Shown here piece by piece: positions 58,267 to 64,000 of a stretch of 64,000 nt of DNA. This DNA comes from Felis catus. Its lineage: Eukaryota. A program made the position numbers and the translations under genes. Where the stretch lies: assembly GCF_018350175.1 (NCBI RefSeq), contig NC_058368.1, positions 184,390,001 through 184,454,000 on the forward strand. Reading direction: 5' to 3'. A model generated the notes under the pieces. That model was not told where the DNA came from. It saw nothing but the letters and a program-made list of their open reading frames with translations, and did not search any database. How positions within the stretch are numbered: the stretch's first letter is position 1; every line of letters starts with the position of its first letter.

Positions 58267-59957
58267 CCACTGGCATATCCTTAGAAAAGTTATCTACTTA
58301 AGATTTTTGTGAGAAGTTTTTATAAAATAATGTATGTAAAAGATTCAGCTCAGGGATCAGCACAACTTATTACTGGCTGACTGGAGAGGTATTTGCTGAA
58401 GAATAATAAGCTGAACCAAGAGTTCAGAAACCCTCACTCATATGGATGCCAAACAGACGTGCTACAGAAGAGGGGGCCAGCAAGTGTGATACCCTTGCTC
58501 TCCTACAGCCCCTCTCTTTTCTCAGGCCTGGAGAAACTAGTTTGAAGTCTGAAGTGACAAGGCTAAGAACAGGGAGGAGAAATGGGTTAGGTCGTGTCCA
58601 TTCACGTCAATCACTTTCACATTCCTAAGTAGAGTATTTCAAATGAAAAGCCTTAGACATACAAAAGAAAACAAAATAGGTCACTTGGACCATAGTGAGT
58701 CTTTCAGGAAAACTTGTTCTGGTACAATCAGGCTTAAGTGAACTGCATTGTATAAAGCTATCATATAACTTGAGAATAACACCACTGGAAGTAATTTGGG
58801 ACTTTCTGTTGTAGTTCTGTGGCCTATTTTTCACACCTCTTTATTGTAGAGAAAAATTAATAATGACACAAATTAGTTTCATTATTTCCTTCTGGTGTAT
58901 AATTTGATAGCCAGCAATTTAAGTAATGTGTTTATATTAAAGTATTTTTATATTTAAAGATATTTTTGAAGTCCTATAGAAATTAAAACACATTTTTACA
59001 TGTTTATTTTTAATCAATAAGGTCAATCCCATCACAAAATCAATGTAGTGAGACTAGGAAAAGGGGAAAAGAAAAAAATCACTTACATGCTTTTGAACTA
59101 AGATCTATCATGTGTATTTGAAGGAAAATTTGAAATTGTTATAATCTAGCTATTAATAGTACTTTGTTTTGTGATTTCTCAAAAAAAAAGTGGATATGAT
59201 ATCCTTTTTTATATGTTTGTAATTCACCTAGGAAATTTTAAAACTTTACATTTGTAATGCCAACCAAAATGTTTCAGGGTCTTCAAATACTAGAATTAAA
59301 ATAGAATTAGAATATACTATAATAATTCTTGTCATTTATATTTTTGTAAACTCATTTTCAGAAGCATAGCAGGATGTTCAAATGGAAACATCACAAGGTA
59401 TATTTTTAGGTTTGGTCATACCACTAAAAGAAAAAAAGAAATATGAATATAAGCAAAATGATTCAGGGACAGTCATATTTATTGACCCCTGCTAAAATAA
59501 ATTGAAGTTTTGTGAAAATAAGAGAACCAAACTGATGATATTTCAGGTCGGTTTAAGTGTTTTTACAAAACTGATTCAATTAGAGAACTAGGTTGTTTTA
59601 AAGGACGGTCATGAATTAACCACACTACAACCGTCAAATATTCATACACACACTCACATGCGTACGTGCACACATATGGATTTTTTTCTTAAGCAGTCAC
59701 AGATAGATAAACTGAAATTCTTTTCATTTTTGTAAACCATTTAACTGACATATGACTGACAGAAAGAGGTACATATTTAATGTATACAATTTGATAAGTT
59801 TGTAGATAAGGACAAACACAACTGGGATTCTTTTAAATTGTAGTTTTAGAACTTCCTCTTTAATTATACAAGAGGATTTAACCCAAACTGTGGTTCAAGC
59901 CTCAAATTTAACCCCAACTATGACTTTAATTCATTAAATAAGTATAATAATTTCTAA

Positions 59958-60248
59958 GCAGCACCCTCGAACAGAAATGTAACAAGATACGTGTGTAATT
60001 TATTGTTTTTAGTAGCTAGATTTTTTTAAAAATCAAAAGAAACAGGTAAAATTAATTTTAATAATATATCTGCACAGCTCAATATATTCAAAATATTATG
60101 ATATCAACATGTAATCAATATAATATTAATGAAATATTTCACCTTTTTTTGCTACTGTCTTTGAAATCCAGTCTGTATTATACACTGAGCATGTCTCAAC
60201 TCAGGCCAGCCATACCATGCTAGTAGCTTCTTATTCAACAGTACAGTT
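59958..60248 (+). mobile_element. MER33 hAT element
   Basis: aacagaaatgtaac...aaaagaaacaggtaaaattaattttaataatatat...tcaacatgtaatcaatata...tctttgaaatccag. Confidence 0.85.
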
Positions 60249-61159
60249 CTAAAGTCACCAGTGGCTCTTCCTCTAATGATTTCCTTCTTTGAAAATTAAT
60301 GTGCCAAAGCAAGTGCACACATCTACTCTCTCCCTGCATCCCTTCTCACTATGCTCATTGTGGAAGGCCATTAAGAGAACTAAAACTCTAAAAATTCCAA
60401 AACACAATCCAAGGACTATTTGGGGAAATAAAAGGGTCCAACAAATAAAAGGGTGGATAACTGAGAGAAGTGAAATGAGGGTTTAGATGTATATCCAATA
60501 ATCTACCCAGTCTAGTGACTTGACACTTCAGCAAATTAGATACTCCTGCATGTTCACTAAAACACTAAACATATAAAGCTGTCAGAGGAAAGTGTATTCA
60601 TTAAATTCTACCAGGCCAAGAAAGGTAGGTTTTAACTAAGTTTTGTACTATAGCAATTTGAGTTTCTAATTATAACAGCAGTAATTTTAGATAATATTGG
60701 TTATGAAAGAGTTCAGAACTTTAACACATTAGTCAAATACTATATATACATTTGGACTACAAACAAATATGAGAATACTGACATATTCTCTGCTCCCCTC
60801 CCACTTTCCCATCTGCAAACTAGAGAAGGTGGCCAAGGAGCTTTTCCAGATGTTTTCTATCTTGGATTGGAAATAATGATGTAGTTTCAAAACCCATAGT
60901 CCTATGTCAAATTGCTTGTAATCCCAAGTGGAAAATCACATCATCAGTTACTTATAATCATAGCAACCCCTCCAATAAACTTACGTTATTCTTTCTCTAA
61001 AATATTATTTTGTAGATCATCTTAATTAATATATCCTTTATGTATTTAAGTTTCCATTTTTTCAATGCTTTGACCATATCTTACTTCACTTGCATATCTA
61101 ATCCTTCCCATCTCTGTCTACCCCTGAGAAGCACCAAAGTTAAGTAGGTGAAGTGACTG

Positions 61160-61520
61160 TGGTGTAATGAAAACCCATTGGCTGTGGACTAAAGCCAACC
61201 TTAGTTTGGTACCTGCCCCTGCCATTAATAGTTTAGTGACTTTGTGGGCACCTAGGTGGCTCAGTCGGTTAAATGTCCAACTCTCCGTTACAGCTCAGGT
61301 CATGATCTCACAGTTTTGTAAGTTTGAGCCCCATGTCAGGCTCTGTGCTGGCAGCATGAAGCCTGCTTGGGATTCTCTCTCTCTTCCTGTCTCTCTGCCC
61401 CTCACCCTCTCACACTGTCTATCTCTCTCAAAATAAATAAATAAACTTAAAAAATAGTGAGTGACTTTGGGCAAGGTACTTAATTTCTCTGATTTGCTTC
61501 TTACTTTTCAAATGGGGATG
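61160..61520 (+). mobile_element. MIR interrupted by a SINE
   Basis: tggtgtaatgaaaa...ctgccattaatag | tgactttgggcaaggtacttaatttctctga...aaatggggat. Confidence 0.7.
61246..61452 (+). mobile_element. Can-SINE
   Basis: TSD AATAGTTTAGTGACTTTG / AATAGTGAGTGACTTTG. Confidence 0.94.
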
Positions 61521-61684
61521 AGTTCTGATGAATTCAGAATACCCATCAACAAGTAATGGCACAAATGCTAATTTTGGCTATTTTTACTTTTGTTCTTACC
61601 ATTATTCACCCAATAATCTCATTTCTAAAGGATCTCAAAGTTCTTTAAAGAAAATTAATAAAGGTTTAAAAAATATCTAAGTAT

Positions 61685-61778
61685 TATCTATCTATATCTT
61701 TATCTCTCTATATAGACATATGGATATATAGATATCTATATATCTACATCTCTATGGAGATAGATAGTGAGAGAGATA
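61685..61778. repeat. TATC/TA low-complexity tract with a central 22-bp perfect palindrome
   Basis: GATATATAGATATCTATATATC at 61723-61744. Confidence 0.85.
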
Positions 61779-62478
61779 TTCTCTCTTTTTCTCTTTGTCT
61801 CTTCCTCTAACTTCAAAGTTGGTCAGTAAATTAGACAGCTATCACATGTTGTCTCCTCCTACTGTATTCTAGGAAAGTAATTTTTAGGAATTGCTCTCTG
61901 AGGTATTAATAGTATTTTAAAAATTCTATTTCAAAAGGCTTGGGAAATAAATTTTATATGGATAATTTTGGACATTTTGGGAAGCTTTTCAAAATATTTA
62001 ATTTGATTAAGGACTCCAGAATGTATACATACATTATCAACATTTTCTAAATTTACATGAACACAGAATCTTTTCTGTTTTGTGGGACTGGTATTCCACA
62101 GATCATACTTTGGGAAATGATACTTGCATCTAATTCTTTTTTTTTAACCACCTGAATTATAAAACTGTTTCACCATCTTAGGCTGCATATTCTTTATAGT
62201 TCTTGCACTTTTGCTGTTCCTTCTAAATCAGAGGAACAAAATCTTTCTTTGGTTCCAATCTTCCTGAAACAACTTTGTGTCAAGTTCTAAAATTTTGTTA
62301 ATCCATAGTCTCATACATTCTACTATATGTATAGAATTCCAAGTGAAGAAACAGTAGAGACACAAAATAAAGAAATCCAAGTTTTCAAAAACATTCTCAG
62401 AGCTTCAAGTTTAAATAAAATTGAATATCCCAGGTTTAAATTAAAAGTTTAGAAGTTGCTAATAAAAAATTAAATGAG

Positions 62479-62646
62479 GTGGCTCGTGAGTTTAAGCCCT
62501 GCTTCGGGCTCTGTGCTGACAGCTCAGAGCCTGAAGCCTGCTTCAGATTCTGTGTCTCCCTCTCTCTCTCTGCCCCTCCCCCATTCATGTTCTGTCTCTC
62601 TGTCTCTCTGTCTCTCTGTCTCTCTCTCTCTCAAAAATAAATATTA
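62479..62646 (+). mobile_element. 5'-truncated Can-SINE
   Basis: Starts just before the B box; perfect TSD AAAAAATTAAATGAG at 62464-62478 and 62647-62661. Confidence 0.93.
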
Positions 62647-63581
62647 AAAAAATTAAATGAGAAAAATTCTAAAGTCACATGATAATACCCAACATATGTA
62701 ACTGAATATCTACTTATAATAAAACCTTTATAAAAATATCATTGTTTATTAAACATTAAGATTTAATTATTCACTAAGTTGCTCAAAATCACAATTTTAA
62801 AAGGAACCAGTAAACTAAATGTATGCTAATGTATTGAACAGTATTCAAATTACTTGCAAAAGCATATTTCTCAAATCAATTTGAAGATGCCACACATTTG
62901 GAAGGTATTTAATTGACATTTTTCTTGGAAGATACTCAAATGGAATGCAAATAGCCCAATATACATCTTAGTATGGTAGCCGCACTCTCTTAGTCTTTTT
63001 TAGTCTTTCTAAAAATATCAAGAACCTTCTGAGTCATAATAGATCAATCATCATTGGATAAGATAACTCCTGTTCATGCTCATCTTGAGAACTATGATAA
63101 ACACCTGGACGTGTTTCTTTCAATCTTTTTAGAAAGAATTACAATTCAGAAATTTTCATGATGCAAATTATAAAGGAACTTAAAACCAGTAAGAGAGAGA
63201 AAGACATAAATGATTTGAGGTGAATCTACTCACTTCTAACAAGGCATTTGAAATATAAGACTGTATCTTTTGTTCTAGTATAATACAATCACCAGGAAAA
63301 GCACTGTAATTTTTCATAATTTAACTAAATTTGGAATATTAGCCTCTTCCTATTCTATAACATCTGCTTCAACTTGAATGGAATGCTAAGTAAGCACAGG
63401 AAGATTGGTAGATGGTAGATAGGTAAGTAGATAGATACAGAGATATAGGCTTCAAAAATGAATCTATTTTTCTACTAATTTTCACGAAGTATATTATTTA
63501 GAATAGAAATCTGTACAGAGGAAGAGCAGCAAAATAGTAATCTATAATTCTGTAACAACTTTCTCAAAAGACTTCAAAACA

Positions 63582-63789
63582 TTTTTTAAAAAGTTTATTT
63601 ATTTTTAAGAGAGAGACAGAACATGAGCTAGGGAGGGGCAGAGAAAGAGGGGGACACAGAATCTGAAGCAGGCTCCAGGCTCTGAGCTTTCAGCACAGAG
63701 CCTGACTCAGGGCTCGAACTCACAAACCACGAGATCCTGACCTGAGCTGAAGTCAGATGTTTAACCGACTGAGTTAACCCAGGCGCCCC
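63582..63789 (-). mobile_element. Can-SINE
   Basis: Antisense SINE; TSD ACTTCAAAA(C/G)ATTTTT. Confidence 0.95.
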
Positions 63790-63994
63790 AACTTCAAAAG
63801 ATTTTTATCTGTGAAATACGTAAACCCATTTTTCAGATGTCAGATTGAAGGCATAACATAATGCCGAAACCCTGTTTGAGATGCCGAAATTTTAATCAAT
63901 AATTTGTCTACGAAATGCCTGAAAAAATAAATCCAGAGGCAATCAAATGGATTCATTGATTTATTAGTCACTTATTTTAAATTACTGGCTCTTT

Positions 63995-64000
63995 GGGGCG
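63995..64000 (+). mobile_element. Probable start of another Can-SINE at the window edge
   Basis: The window ends in GGGGCG, the SINE 5' terminus; only 6 nt visible. Confidence 0.35.

Noticed and set aside
58625..58850. Minus-strand open frames in unique sequence
   Set aside because: Weak splice signals and no recognisable protein similarity.
739..63789. tRNA-like A/B boxes at many positions
   Set aside because: They belong to tRNA-derived Can-SINE heads, not tRNA genes.

Overview
This is AT-rich mammalian genomic DNA from a feliform carnivore, most likely a cat-family species, judged by the SINEC_Fc-type Can-SINEs and carnivore/felid L1 3' UTRs. I could not support any host protein-coding exon. 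Every ORF that resembles a known protein is a decayed L1 ORF1/ORF2 or Tigger transposase piece. The left half (about 5.4-34.6 kb) is dense in L1. It holds one essentially full-length minus-strand L1 with a nested younger L1 and a SINE, two twin-primed (5'-inverted) L1s, a 4.9-kb truncated L1 and an internally deleted Tigger. The right half has almost no young L1 and holds ancient MIR/L2/MER/MLT relics, SINEs and unique sequence with enhancer-like motif clusters. About 22 Can-SINEs are scattered throughout, four of them very young with intact or nearly intact TSDs. The most notable observations are two locally templated repair scars inside L1s, a possibly spliced L1 5' UTR, a short L1 3' transduction, a tailless tRNA-Gln 5'-half retrocopy, an HTH-to-PIP-box Tigger deletion derivative, an LTR promoter remnant and two candidate tiny exons. 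I found no evidence for a novel multi-gene system. Repeat family names come from my recall of consensus sequences, not from a database search.
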